Source of the DNA: Chloroflexota bacterium
GTDB taxonomy: Bacteria > Chloroflexota > UBA11872 > VXOZ01
Assembly: GCA_964291655.2 (NCBI GenBank)
Contig: OZ219802.1
Coordinates: 1,536,001-1,600,000 of the forward strand
Reading direction: 5' to 3'
DNA length: 64,000 nt
Numbering within the stretch: the stretch's first letter is position 1; every line of letters begins with the position of its first letter. The translations under genes and the position numbers were made by a program. The notes under the pieces were generated by a model. That model had not been told where the DNA came from and did not search any database. It was given only the letters and a program-made list of their open reading frames with translations. Shown one piece after another: positions 40,492-50,009 of this stretch.

Positions 40492-41535
40492 GTGAACGAC
40501 GCCCCGGACATTCACGTAGAAATCACGCCCTGGAAGTTCGACGCTCAGTTCGTCTATTCCATGACCTACGACGAAGGCACCATCGATGCCATCTGCAACT
40601 CGTTTCCCATCCATGAAGAGCACGACATTCCGGGGCACGTCTGCACCGTGAGCGGGCACCTGGGCCAGCAACGCTTAGAACGCGGCACCTCGATGCGCGA
40701 GGTCTTCTATATGAACCCGGAACAGTTGCGTTTCCTCATAAACAAGGGCTGGACGATCAGCAGCCACTCCCACACCCACGTGCCCACCGACCAGGACGGC
40801 ATCGACCTCGATCTGGAAGTGCGCCTGAGCAAGTGGGAACTTGAGAAGGCGACCGGCGCACCCGTGCGGCTCTTTGCCTACTGGGGCAACCTGCGCATCG
40901 CCGACAAGATCCTGCCTGTGGCGCAGGCAGCGGGCTACCAGGGCATGCTCAGCATCGGCTACCCGTGGAATACATCCGAGTACGATGTATGGGACATCAT
41001 GCGCGCCACCATCGGACGCGATCTGGAAGGGTGGCTCCAAGAGCCGTCGGCCTCGCTCTACCGCCACACGCGCGACGCCTTCCCGGGCGAGCTCAGGAAG
41101 GAAGCGACGCGCGGCCACTGGCTCGTGGACATTAGCCACATCGTGGTAGACCGCTTGCCCGCAGCCAACGGCCCCGGCCTCTGGAACCGCTGCATGACAC
41201 CGGCAATCCTGGATGCCCGCTTGCGTGAGGTACGGGAGCTCTGGGGCAACGAACTCTGGGCCACGGTGCCGGAAGACGTCGTGGAGTATACGCTTCTGCG
41301 CCGGGCTTCATCGGTAGCGATAACGGCTAATGGCTCCGACCGCGCCACCTGCACCGTCAGCCTGAACGGCCTTCGTGACGACGTCACCGCCCGCGAATTG
41401 ACGTTCAGCGCCCAAACCCCATGGCGCAATGCCACCGTCAACGGCGGCGCAGTTGGGTCGCAGATGAAAGACGGCACGCTGACCTGGACCGCAGGGGTCG
41501 CGGATGGCACGGAGTTTGTGCTCAGCGCGAGCTAG
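40492..41535 (+). CDS. Polysaccharide deacetylase (NodB/CE4)-like protein
   Basis: SMTYDEG, GWTISSHSHTH, FAY motifs; AAGGAG RBS. Confidence 0.75.
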   Translation: MNDAPDIHVEITPWKFDAQFVYSMTYDEGTIDAICNSFPIHEEHDIPGHVCTVSGHLGQQRLERGTSMREVFYMNPEQLRFLINKGWTISSHSHTHVPTDQDGIDLDLEVRLSKWELEKATGAPVRLFAYWGNLRIADKILPVAQAAGYQGMLSIGYPWNTSEYDVWDIMRATIGRDLEGWLQEPSASLYRHTRDAFPGELRKEATRGHWLVDISHIVVDRLPAANGPGLWNRCMTPAILDARLREVRELWGNELWATVPEDVVEYTLLRRASSVAITANGSDRATCTVSLNGLRDDVTARELTFSAQTPWRNATVNGGAVGSQMKDGTLTWTAGVADGTEFVLSAS

Positions 41536-41599
41536 ACTATGCCTGATTGCATGAGCAGCCGCCAATCTCTCCAATAGTCAAGGTTTGCGATTTTTTTTC

Positions 41600-42105
41600 C
41601 GTCATTCCCGCTTTCGCGGGAATCCATCTGTATTTGTATCGCGCGACAGGTGAGGCATCCGGAGCGGGGGACAAGCCCCCGCGCTACAGGGAATGCTCTG
41701 AATCTGAGCTGTGTGTGACTCACATCGTGGCCGATAGGAAAAGAGAGCCTCCCGATCCGTCATTCCGGCAAAAAGCCTGCCTCGTACTCGAAACGGGGCC
41801 GGAATCCATCTTCAGCGCCAGCGGTGTAGGGCGTCCGGAGCGGGGGACAAGCCCCCGCGCTACAAAGTCTCAGCAAGTGGCACTGAGTATTCTTGAATCT
41901 TGACAGATTCCGTTCGCCCTGAGCAGCGTCGAAGGGTGAACGGCGATTGGAGCCCGCAGCCAACCACGTAACTCTCCGTCCATGCTTCGACAGGAGCTTC
42001 GCGCAGCCCTCAGCACGAACGGGGAGAGCTTTGCTTCTTTGGTCTCGAACATCGCCAAGGCGGGGGACAAGCCCCCGCGCTACAAGGAATGCTCAGCACG
42101 AACGG
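41600..42105. repeat. Mixed REP cluster (CGTC, GTAG and CTTCGAC families)
   Basis: CGTCATTCCCGCTTTCGCGGGAATCC; GCGGGGGACAAGCCCCCGCGCTAC at 41664, 41840, 42060; CCGTTCGCCCTGAGC..GTCGAAGGG..GAACGG. Confidence 0.85.
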
Positions 42106-42185
42106 TGATGAGGCGAACGGTTTTGAGTCCAGCGGAGAAGAAACGACCGGTGGGTATAAGAGCCCTTTCGAGTGAAAGCGAATGC

Positions 42186-43427
42186 TCACACTCGCTCTGC
42201 CGCTCTCATCGGACTAAATGCCAGTTGCACCTTCGCCACGGCGTCCACGATCTGCTGCATGTCCTTCTCGTCCGCCAGCATCACACTCTGCGGCAGCCAG
42301 ACGCCTTCCACGTGAGCGATACGGTCGGTATTGGGCAGGGGGCGGTCCAGCGGATTATCCGTGCGTCCTAGTTTCTCTAGAGTGTCGCGCACCGAATTCT
42401 TGACGGCGTTTTGTTCGTGGCAGGGCCAGTCGTAGCCGGGCGAACAGGGAATGCCTTCCGCGCTCAGCGCCTTGATAAAGTCGGCGCGGTCGTTGCCGCC
42501 AAAGGCCGCCTTGTCATAGCGCAGCATGTAGAGGTGGTGGGCGTGGGCGGTTACTTCTGCCGGACGGTGCTGGGGCGAAATGCCGGGAATCTCCGCCAGG
42601 TGGGTGTCCAGGTAGCAGGCATTGGCTTCTCGCGTTGCCATCTGCTCGGGCACGCGGGTGAGTTGTGCCCGTAGGAGCGCGCCATGAAACTCGCTCAGGC
42701 GGTAGTTCCAGCCCAGCCGCTCGTGCTGGTACCAAGCCCCTTCCCGGAGACGGCCCACGTTCATTACCGACCACGTCAGTTCGGCGAGCTCTTGGTCGTT
42801 CGTGCAAATGGCGCCGCCTTCACCGGCGTTGAGATTCTTGCTTGATTGAAAGCTAAAGCTGCCGAGGTCGCCGACGCCGCCCACCCCCTGGTCGCGCCAG
42901 GACGCGCCGTGAGCCTGGGCCGCGTCTTCCAGCACGCGCAGACCGTGCTTTTTCGCTACCTTCAGAACGCCATCCATGTCGGGCGGCTGACCGGCGATGT
43001 GTACAGGGATGATCGCCTTCGTGCGGGGCGTAATGGCAGCCTCGACCGAGGCGGGATCAAGCTCGAAGGTGTCGGGGTCGATGTCGGCGAACACCGGTAT
43101 CGCACCCAGGAAAAGCGGCGCGGCAGGCGTGGCGACGAATGTATACGACGGACAAATCACCTCGTCGCCGAATTCCACATCCAGCACCCGCAGGCCGAGC
43201 TCCAGCGCGCACGTGCCGTTGACCAAGGCAATGCAGTGCTTGGTACCTTGAAAGGCGGCGAACTCCTCTTCAAACTCCACAACCTGCGAACCGGCATTGC
43301 GTCCCCACACCCCGGATCGCAACGCCTCCAGCATTGCTTTTTCATCCACGCCGTCCCAGACCGGCCAGGTAGGAAACGGCGCCGTGCGCACCGGCGTACC
43401 GCCGTCGCGGGCGAGTTTCACAGTCAT
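42186..43427 (-). CDS. DegT/DnrJ/EryC1/StrS PLP aminotransferase
   Basis: NGTCALE, YTFVAT, EDAAQAHG, FSFQSSKNLNAGEGG, GWNYRLSE. Confidence 0.92.
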   Translation of the reverse strand: MTVKLARDGGTPVRTAPFPTWPVWDGVDEKAMLEALRSGVWGRNAGSQVVEFEEEFAAFQGTKHCIALVNGTCALELGLRVLDVEFGDEVICPSYTFVATPAAPLFLGAIPVFADIDPDTFELDPASVEAAITPRTKAIIPVHIAGQPPDMDGVLKVAKKHGLRVLEDAAQAHGASWRDQGVGGVGDLGSFSFQSSKNLNAGEGGAICTNDQELAELTWSVMNVGRLREGAWYQHERLGWNYRLSEFHGALLRAQLTRVPEQMATREANACYLDTHLAEIPGISPQHRPAEVTAHAHHLYMLRYDKAAFGGNDRADFIKALSAEGIPCSPGYDWPCHEQNAVKNSVRDTLEKLGRTDNPLDRPLPNTDRIAHVEGVWLPQSVMLADEKDMQQIVDAVAKVQLAFSPMRAAERV

Positions 43428-43656
43428 AAGCTAACGCTCCCATACTCCATTGAGAATCTCTTTGGCCGCGCTTTGTCTCCTGCCGCGTTGAAAGCCGCTG
43501 GCGCTTCCGGCGTAGAGGGCACGACATGTCGCGCCCTCTACACTACAGGATCACTTTCAACGTGCGTGTTGACGCTGTCTTTGAGTGACGTCTTTTTGGC
43601 AGGATACCGGAGCTACCCAACTCCCGCGAAGTGCGCCACTCTGAATTATACGCTGC

Positions 43657-44337
43657 TCAGCGCACACCCTTGCCTTGCACCACGAGCGTAAACTCACCGC
43701 GCGGCTCCTTTTCCGCAAAGTGCGCCAGCATCTCTGTTATCGTCCCGCGCAGGATCTCTTCATGTAGTTTGGTGAGTTCACGCGCTACCATGATTTCCCG
43801 TTCGCCCAGGCACTCTTGGCACGTCTGCAGGTCCTCCACAAGCCGGTAGGGCGAGGCATAGATCACGAGCGTGAACGGCAGGTCTGCCACGCTTGCCAGG
43901 AGGCGCTTGCGCCGTGACGGCCGTCCTGGCAAGAAACCCAAAAAGCAGAACATGCTCCCCGCAAACCCGGCAATGGAGGCGGAGGCAGCGGCTGCAGTTG
44001 GTCCTGGCACCGGAATAACCGGAATGTCGTTTTCCACGGCAGCCGCGATGAGGGGCTGACCGGGATCGGCGATGCCGGGTGTGCCGGCGTCCGTGACCAA
44101 GGCAACCTGCTTGCCTTCTCCCAGGGTGCGGAGAATTCGCTCCAAACGGCCGGTCCCGCTGTGAGCGTGAAAGCTGGTGAGCGGCGTGTGAATGTCCAGG
44201 TGCGCGAGCAACTTGCGGGTATGGCGCGTGTCCTCGGCGGCGATCACGTCTACCTCCCGCAGGATGCGCACGGCCCGCAGGGTAATGTCTTCCAGGTTGC
44301 CGATGGGTGTGGCTACCACGTAGAGCACGCCGGGCAT
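43657..44337 (-). CDS. rsmI: 16S rRNA (C1402-2'-O)-methyltransferase
   Basis: LYVVATPIGNLEDITLRA, EDTRHT, DAGTPGIADPG, RELTKLHEE, RGEF. Confidence 0.96.
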   Translation of the reverse strand: MPGVLYVVATPIGNLEDITLRAVRILREVDVIAAEDTRHTRKLLAHLDIHTPLTSFHAHSGTGRLERILRTLGEGKQVALVTDAGTPGIADPGQPLIAAAVENDIPVIPVPGPTAAAASASIAGFAGSMFCFLGFLPGRPSRRKRLLASVADLPFTLVIYASPYRLVEDLQTCQECLGEREIMVARELTKLHEEILRGTITEMLAHFAEKEPRGEFTLVVQGKGVR

Positions 44338-44534
44338 CGGTTGTCACTACGCCTTTCTGAAAACCGCCATGTTGACGAGATTTGTCCGAATGGACAAAGA
44401 ACACCCCCGTCCCGACCTTCGCCTTCGGGGAGACCCTTGTAAGACCATAGCCGCAGCGAGACAGCCCCTTCTCCCTTGACGGAGAACTTTGCGTTAATCC
44501 GGCCGGGGGCGCAAGACTTGCTCCCTCTCCTCGG

Positions 44535-44748
44535 GAGGCTGTCTCATAATTGCCTATTCCGAGGTACACTGCCGTGCAGAGAGGCTAAGCGAGGTCTTGA
44601 GATAGACTTTAGTTTCTTTCTGGGCATCGCATCAAGCTTTCAAGCTACCGGTTCCATCACTTGTACCACTCTGTCAATACAATCCGCCACTTGGCTGCGT
44701 TCCTCATTTTACCTACCGTGCTCTGTAGCGGAATTATGAGACGGCCTC
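44535..44748. mobile_element. 214-bp MITE inserted in a CCCTC REP loop
   Basis: TIRs GAGGCTGTCTCATAATT / AATTATGAGACGGCCTC; 4-bp TSD TCGG; flanks CCCTCTCC / AGAGAGGG. Confidence 0.8.
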
Positions 44749-45126
44749 TCGGAGAGAGGGCCGGGGTGAGGGGTCTTACCTGCTTTGCAAACCGTAAAAC
44801 TTGCAAGGTCAAGCATATTACAACCAGTCCGGTCAAGAAGCTGCTCGTGCTCAGAGCAATTTCACCCTCACCCCCGTATCGTGTCGATACGCTGTATCGC
44901 GTACGGGGCAGGCTCTAACCCTCTCCCTTGACGGAGACCCTTGCGAAACCTACGCGGAAGAGAGAGCGTTCCCTCTCCCTCGACGGGAGAGGGCTAGGGT
45001 GAGGGTGAATTTCTTGAAATCTCAAAGTACACACACCGATTCTGCACTGAAACATCTTGAAACTGCACGGCGTAAAGGGCCGTTGTAACAAAAAGACCCC
45101 CTCACCCCAACCCTCTCCCCCAGGAG

Positions 45127-46391
45127 TGTACAGACCGGGGACATAGGTAACAGATGTTCGGGTAGATAGGTTACACATTTTGTGCTCTGAGGTCTATGGT
45201 TTTTACTCTTTGGATCGAGAAGTACACGTCCCAGACACCGTCCGTTCGGGTGGGTCGCAGGGCGACTTGCTTGTGCGTGAAGGCCCTGCCCACACGGAGC
45301 CGTCTGCCTTGGAAGGAGATGCGGCCGGAGACATCGACGCTGCGTACGCGGTCGTCGGGAGCGTAGGCGAGGGCAGGCAAGGTCTCTGGGAAAGGGCGAG
45401 GACTAGGCGTGTATCTGGTAATGGGAGTGTCGAGATCGAGGGCATGGTGTGGGCGTTCCAAGTTGTAGAAGTGGCGCCAGGTGTCAAAGGCGCGCTGGCA
45501 ATGGTCCAGGTCGGTAAAGGTGGTCCCTGCCAGCAGTTCGCTCTTGAGGGAGCGGTGGAAGCGTTCCAGCTTGCCGAGTGTCTGGGGATGGTAGGGTCGG
45601 CTGTGCAGGACGTTGATGCCCAGCTGCATGAGCCAGACGGTGAGGGGCGTGAAGGGCTGGGCACTGTCGTTACCCCAGGGAGAGCCGTTGTCCATGAGCA
45701 TGGCCTGGGGCAAGCCGTAGCGGCGAAAGACAGCGGTGAGGCGGTCTTGGACCGTCTCTCCCCGCTCGTTGGCACAGGCCTGTAACCCGAGGTTGAAGCG
45801 GGAGTGATCGTCTAGGAGGGTGAGAGGATGACAGCGGTTCTGCTGCATGACGAAATGTCCCTTGAAGTCCATCTGCCACAGCTCGTTGGGCTGGGGTCGT
45901 TCGAAGCGCACATGGGGCGTGTGCTTGGCGCTCTGGGCTGGATCGATGAGCCCATGGCGTTTGAGAATGGCATTGATGGTGCTCTTGGCCGGCACGTCGG
46001 TGACCCCCTGGTCCTGCAGCATCCGGCGCAGCACGTGTGCGCCTTTCTTCGGATGCGCCAGGCGCAAGGCGATGATGCGCTCCTCCAGCGCCGGGCGCGT
46101 GCGGTGCGGACACGTGTGCGGCCGCCGCGACCGGTCGTGCAAACCGTCTTCGCCAGCTTTCGCATACCGCTCCAGCGTCTTGTACGCCGTCTTGCGACTG
46201 ATCTCCAGACGGCGACACAGCTCGCTGATGTTGGCCCCTTCCATCAGTGCCAGTGCAATGAACTCCTTGCGTTCAGACACAACCGTACTCTCCTTCCAAG
46301 GCATGGCGCTCCTCCATCTGTAAGAATCTCCATGCCTTAAGGTGTAACCTATGTGCCCGAACATGTGTAACCCATGTACCCGGTCTATACA
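45127..46391 (-). mobile_element. Complete IS481-family insertion sequence (1265 bp)
   Basis: TGT...ACA ends, TIRs TGTACAGACCGGGGACAT / ATGTACCCGGTCTATACA, 5-bp TSD AGGAG, single transposase. Confidence 0.95.
45171..46304 (-). CDS. IS481-family DDE transposase
   Basis: MPWKE N-terminus, HTH, WQMDFKG, LLDDHSR, MDNG, PQTLGKLERFH, YNLERPH. Confidence 0.95.
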   Translation of the reverse strand: MPWKESTVVSERKEFIALALMEGANISELCRRLEISRKTAYKTLERYAKAGEDGLHDRSRRPHTCPHRTRPALEERIIALRLAHPKKGAHVLRRMLQDQGVTDVPAKSTINAILKRHGLIDPAQSAKHTPHVRFERPQPNELWQMDFKGHFVMQQNRCHPLTLLDDHSRFNLGLQACANERGETVQDRLTAVFRRYGLPQAMLMDNGSPWGNDSAQPFTPLTVWLMQLGINVLHSRPYHPQTLGKLERFHRSLKSELLAGTTFTDLDHCQRAFDTWRHFYNLERPHHALDLDTPITRYTPSPRPFPETLPALAYAPDDRVRSVDVSGRISFQGRRLRVGRAFTHKQVALRPTRTDGVWDVYFSIQRVKTIDLRAQNV

Positions 46392-46509
46392 AGGAGAGGG
46401 AGTGCCCCTGCTTGAAAGTGGGGTTATGCAAAGGTCTCCTCGAGGGAGAGGGGGTAGGACGTATTGCCATTGACCTTGTCAAGGGTTGCTCACTGATGAT
46501 ACTGCGGCT

Positions 46510-47370
46510 CTAGCGTCCCCAGTCGCGGGGATAGCGGAAGTCGCGCTCGATGGTGCGTTGGGAGAGCTTGGCGATGATGGGTGGACGCCGCTTGTATTGC
46601 ATGCTCTGCACCACGCGCGCCACCTCCTCCACAAACTCCCTGGCGAACCCCGCGGCAATCAATTCTTCAGGACGATAGCGCTCGTCCACCAGCAGGAAAA
46701 GCAGGTGGTCTACATCTTCGTACGCGAATCCTAGTTCGCTTTCGTCCGACTGACCCGGCCATAGGTCGGCGCTTGGTGGTTTTTCTATAATTGCTGCCGG
46801 AATCTTCAAATGGCGGGAGAGTTGCCGCACCTGGGTCTTATAGAGATCGCCAATCGGGTTCACGGCACTTGCCATGTCGCCGTGCAGGGTGCTGTAGCCC
46901 AAGAGCAGTTCCGTCTTGTTACTTGTACCCAGCGGCAGGCTGTTAAACTCAACGGAGTGGTCGTAGAGAACGATCATGCGCGCACGCGCCATCACGTTGC
47001 CGCGCCGCTTCACGTCCATGTCGCGAAACTCTGCGAAGTAGGGGTCCACCAGCGAGGTAATCTCGATGAGCTTTGAGGGTATGCCCAATGCGCCAACCAC
47101 CGCTTCAGCGTCGCTGCGGCTGTCGGGGTTCGATTCCCGATACGGCAGCAAGAGGGCCAGCACGTTTTCCGGGCCCAGGGCACCCGCCGCCAGGTAAGCT
47201 GAGAGCGCGGAGTCGATGCCGCCGGAGAGATTCAGCACCGCCCGGGTAAAGCCGAATTTATGCACCTCATTGCGAATGAAGCTGTGCAGGATCTGCTCGG
47301 TAAGCGGTAGATTGAGGTCCAACCCACTGCGCGCTTTGGCGACGAGGTCTGTCTTTGCCTCACTCGTCAT
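46510..47370 (-). CDS. nadE: NAD+ synthetase (synthetase domain only)
   Basis: [51 protein letters not shown]. Confidence 0.95.
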   Translation of the reverse strand: MTSEAKTDLVAKARSGLDLNLPLTEQILHSFIRNEVHKFGFTRAVLNLSGGIDSALSAYLAAGALGPENVLALLLPYRESNPDSRSDAEAVVGALGIPSKLIEITSLVDPYFAEFRDMDVKRRGNVMARARMIVLYDHSVEFNSLPLGTSNKTELLLGYSTLHGDMASAVNPIGDLYKTQVRQLSRHLKIPAAIIEKPPSADLWPGQSDESELGFAYEDVDHLLFLLVDERYRPEELIAAGFAREFVEEVARVVQSMQYKRRPPIIAKLSQRTIERDFRYPRDWGR

Positions 47371-48251
47371 GCGTACCGCTCGCGATAGATGCGGCGCAAT
47401 TCACGATAGGTCAGGTCCAGCCGCTCGTCGCGCAGCAGCGGCAGCAGCGACCGCTGGCGGCGCATCGCCTCCGCAGAGACTTCAGCGGTGACCAACGCCT
47501 CTTCGAAGTACGGCGCGCGCACGAGCACCGTGCCGTCCGGGCCGACGACTTCCGATCCGCCCCAAAAGTTGACCCCATCCTCATAGCCGACGCGATTGCA
47601 ATACACCACGTAACTTGTGAACATGCGCGCGTAGAGATTGTTGAGATTGTGCCAGGTCTGCGCGCTGCGCAGGTCCTGCGACTCACCGGACACGCCGCGT
47701 CCGGGACCGCTGGAGATGCCGAGAATGAGGTCGGCGCCATCCGCATGGACGATGCTCACCGCCGAGGGGTGCCAGAAGTCTTCACAGATCAGGGTGCCGA
47801 GGCGGCCGAAGCGTGTGTCGAAAGCGCGTAGGTGCTCGCCGGCCGCCAGATAGCGTCCTTCATCGAACATGCCGTAGGTCGCGAGGTACACCTTGCGGTG
47901 CAGGTGGCGCACCCGGCCGGCCTCCAGGTACACGCCGCTATTGTAGAAGCGTTGATCGGCGGATTCCTCCACCATGCCGAACAGAATGCTCATGCGGTCG
48001 CTGGCGGCAATGAGCGGCGCCAACAGCGGATCATCCAGCCGGCACGCCGTTTCCGTCACGAGGTCTTCTAAGAAGTAGCCGTGAAGGGAGAGTTCCGGGA
48101 ATAACAACACATCCACTGCCTGCGCCTCCGCCTCAGCAACCACGTCCAAGTGCTTCTGGATGTTGCGCGTGACGTCACCCAGGTGCGGGTTCATCTGCGC
48201 AAGGCCGATGCGGAATGACTGCAATGGAGTATTGGTTCGTTCGGGAAGCAC
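47367..48251 (-). CDS. Nitrilase-family protein, probable glutaminase subunit of NAD synthetase
   Basis: [44 protein letters not shown]; ATGA overlap with nadE. Confidence 0.85.
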   Translation of the reverse strand: MLPERTNTPLQSFRIGLAQMNPHLGDVTRNIQKHLDVVAEAEAQAVDVLLFPELSLHGYFLEDLVTETACRLDDPLLAPLIAASDRMSILFGMVEESADQRFYNSGVYLEAGRVRHLHRKVYLATYGMFDEGRYLAAGEHLRAFDTRFGRLGTLICEDFWHPSAVSIVHADGADLILGISSGPGRGVSGESQDLRSAQTWHNLNNLYARMFTSYVVYCNRVGYEDGVNFWGGSEVVGPDGTVLVRAPYFEEALVTAEVSAEAMRRQRSLLPLLRDERLDLTYRELRRIYRERYA

Positions 48252-48512
48252 GTGGGGGTCTCACCTCTTTGACCTCTGGCTCATGCGAAAAGTGTGCTCG
48301 GAATCACAATCATTGTAACGGTCTGCAAGTGTTGGGGCTAGTTCGGGTCGGCGCGTCGTACCTGTGGAGTGGGTCTCCATTCAACGAAGCTCCCGTGTTT
48401 GAGGCAGCTTGATCGAGGAAAAGTGCAAGGGAGGGCGCAAAATGTGTAAGATACATGACATCGAATGACATACGGCAAGAGTACGGTAGTCCGGCAGGAG
48501 GTCAAGCAGCGC

Positions 48513-49547
48513 ATGGCTGAGAGGTTTCGAGTAGGCATTGTCGGCCTGGGACGCGTAGCCAGCACCATTCAGGATGAGGTGACCGGCTATGCGGGACGCA
48601 TGCTGCTGCCCTACTCCCACACGCATGCCTATGCTGCCGTGCCCCAGACACACGTCTGCGCCGTGGCTGACATCGATACGCAGAAGACTGCGACCTATGT
48701 GGAGCAATGGCAGCCCGTTTTCGGCGATATTGCAGCCTATGCGTCCTATGATGAGATGCTGCATAACGAGAACCTTGACATCGTGAGCGTCTGCACCCAC
48801 GCGCCGCTGCATGCGCCGGTAACGCAAGCGGCGGCCCGGGCAGGTGCCAAGGCAGTCTTCTGCGAGAAAGCAATCGCAACGAGCCTGGCCGAGGCCGATG
48901 CGATGATCGGCATCTGCGATGAGCACAACGTGAAGCTCGTGGTCAACCATACGCGGCGGTGGGACCCCTACTACGAAACGGCGCTTGCACTCATTCAAGA
49001 CGGCCGGATCGGCAATGTGCGCACGATCTCGGCGCACTTTGCCGGTGAACTCGTACATACGGGCATCCATTGGCTCGACGCGATGCTGACCTTCAGTCAG
49101 AGTATGCCAGCCTGGGTGACGGGCGGTCTCGCTTCCGGTGCCGACATAGCACTGGATGCCGGTGGCACTGCCTATGTGGGCTTCTACAACGGCGTGATGG
49201 GCTTTATCGACGGCCAGAGCGGTCCGATTTTCGAGATAGACGTGATCGGCACGGCCGGCCGCTTGCGCCTCAGCAACAGCGATGCGGAGTTCTTTACCTT
49301 CGATTCTGCGACGCGCACGATGGTAAAGCGGCCGTTTCCTCTGGTTACATACCCACGCAGCGGTATGCAGGGAGCCGTGGAAGATATCGTCCGATGCATC
49401 GAGCACGATCGTCCCAGCCGCTCCGACGGCCGGGCCGGACGCGCCGCGCTCGAACTCGCACTCGCGGTCTACGCCTCGCACGCTTCCAATGGCGCACGGG
49501 TCCAACTGCCGTTGGCGGAACGCGAGCGCGTCGTGCTCTCCCGCTGA
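48513..49547 (+). CDS. Gfo/Idh/MocA-family oxidoreductase
   Basis: VGIVGLG, VFCEKAIA, VNHTRRW, GIHWLD. Confidence 0.9.
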   Translation: MAERFRVGIVGLGRVASTIQDEVTGYAGRMLLPYSHTHAYAAVPQTHVCAVADIDTQKTATYVEQWQPVFGDIAAYASYDEMLHNENLDIVSVCTHAPLHAPVTQAAARAGAKAVFCEKAIATSLAEADAMIGICDEHNVKLVVNHTRRWDPYYETALALIQDGRIGNVRTISAHFAGELVHTGIHWLDAMLTFSQSMPAWVTGGLASGADIALDAGGTAYVGFYNGVMGFIDGQSGPIFEIDVIGTAGRLRLSNSDAEFFTFDSATRTMVKRPFPLVTYPRSGMQGAVEDIVRCIEHDRPSRSDGRAGRAALELALAVYASHASNGARVQLPLAERERVVLSR

Positions 49548-49747
49548 TCGGACGCAGCCGGTGTAGTTCTGCCACTCACGACATTGTAGCGTCAATGCTC
49601 CACCGGACGGTACCGCTGTGCAACTCGCATTTCCGCTATCATGGTGTTAGGCATCGAAAGTTCGAGCTGAAAAGCACCTTGTTTCTCAAGAGAGTTTTGC
49701 GTAACTCTCGCGGACGCTAGGTAACGGGTTGAATCGGTGATGATTAC

Positions 49748-49964
49748 CCCTCACCCCGGCATTCTCCCTGGGGAGACCCTTGCATAACCCTTCGCCGGTA
49801 CGGGAAAGTCCCCTCTCCCCACAGGAGAGGCGGTCTTCTTGCCTGGCCGGTCCGGGCCGTGCAAAGCCTGCTCCGAACGTGCTGCGGGGGTCTCCACAGA
49901 GAGAGGGGACTCATTCACCTTGGTAAGGGAGAGATTTCCTCTCAATTAGGGTTGTGCAAGGGTC
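49748..49964. mobile_element. CCCTC REP half followed by a GGAGACC-ended MITE with REP cargo
   Basis: CTCCC-TGG-GGAGACCCTTGCATAACCCT ... AGGGTTGTGCAAGGGTC. Confidence 0.6.
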
Positions 49965-50009
49965 ATTGAAAAGAAGGTCCGTCGAGAGAAGATCAAGTCT
50001 AAAGAAGGA

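Larger units (their letters stand above)
44933..46439. mobile_element. GGAGACC-ended MITE (sister of 53450-53687) interrupted by IS481
   Basis: GGAGACCCTTGCGAAACC ... GGTTATGCAAAGGTCTCC; 44933-45121 aligns by eye with 53450-53640. Confidence 0.75.

Noticed and set aside
48381-49595. Long antisense ORFs (for example 48381-49595, 57250-58284, 14461-15456, 872-1738)
   Set aside because: These are shadow frames of well-supported genes in high-GC DNA.
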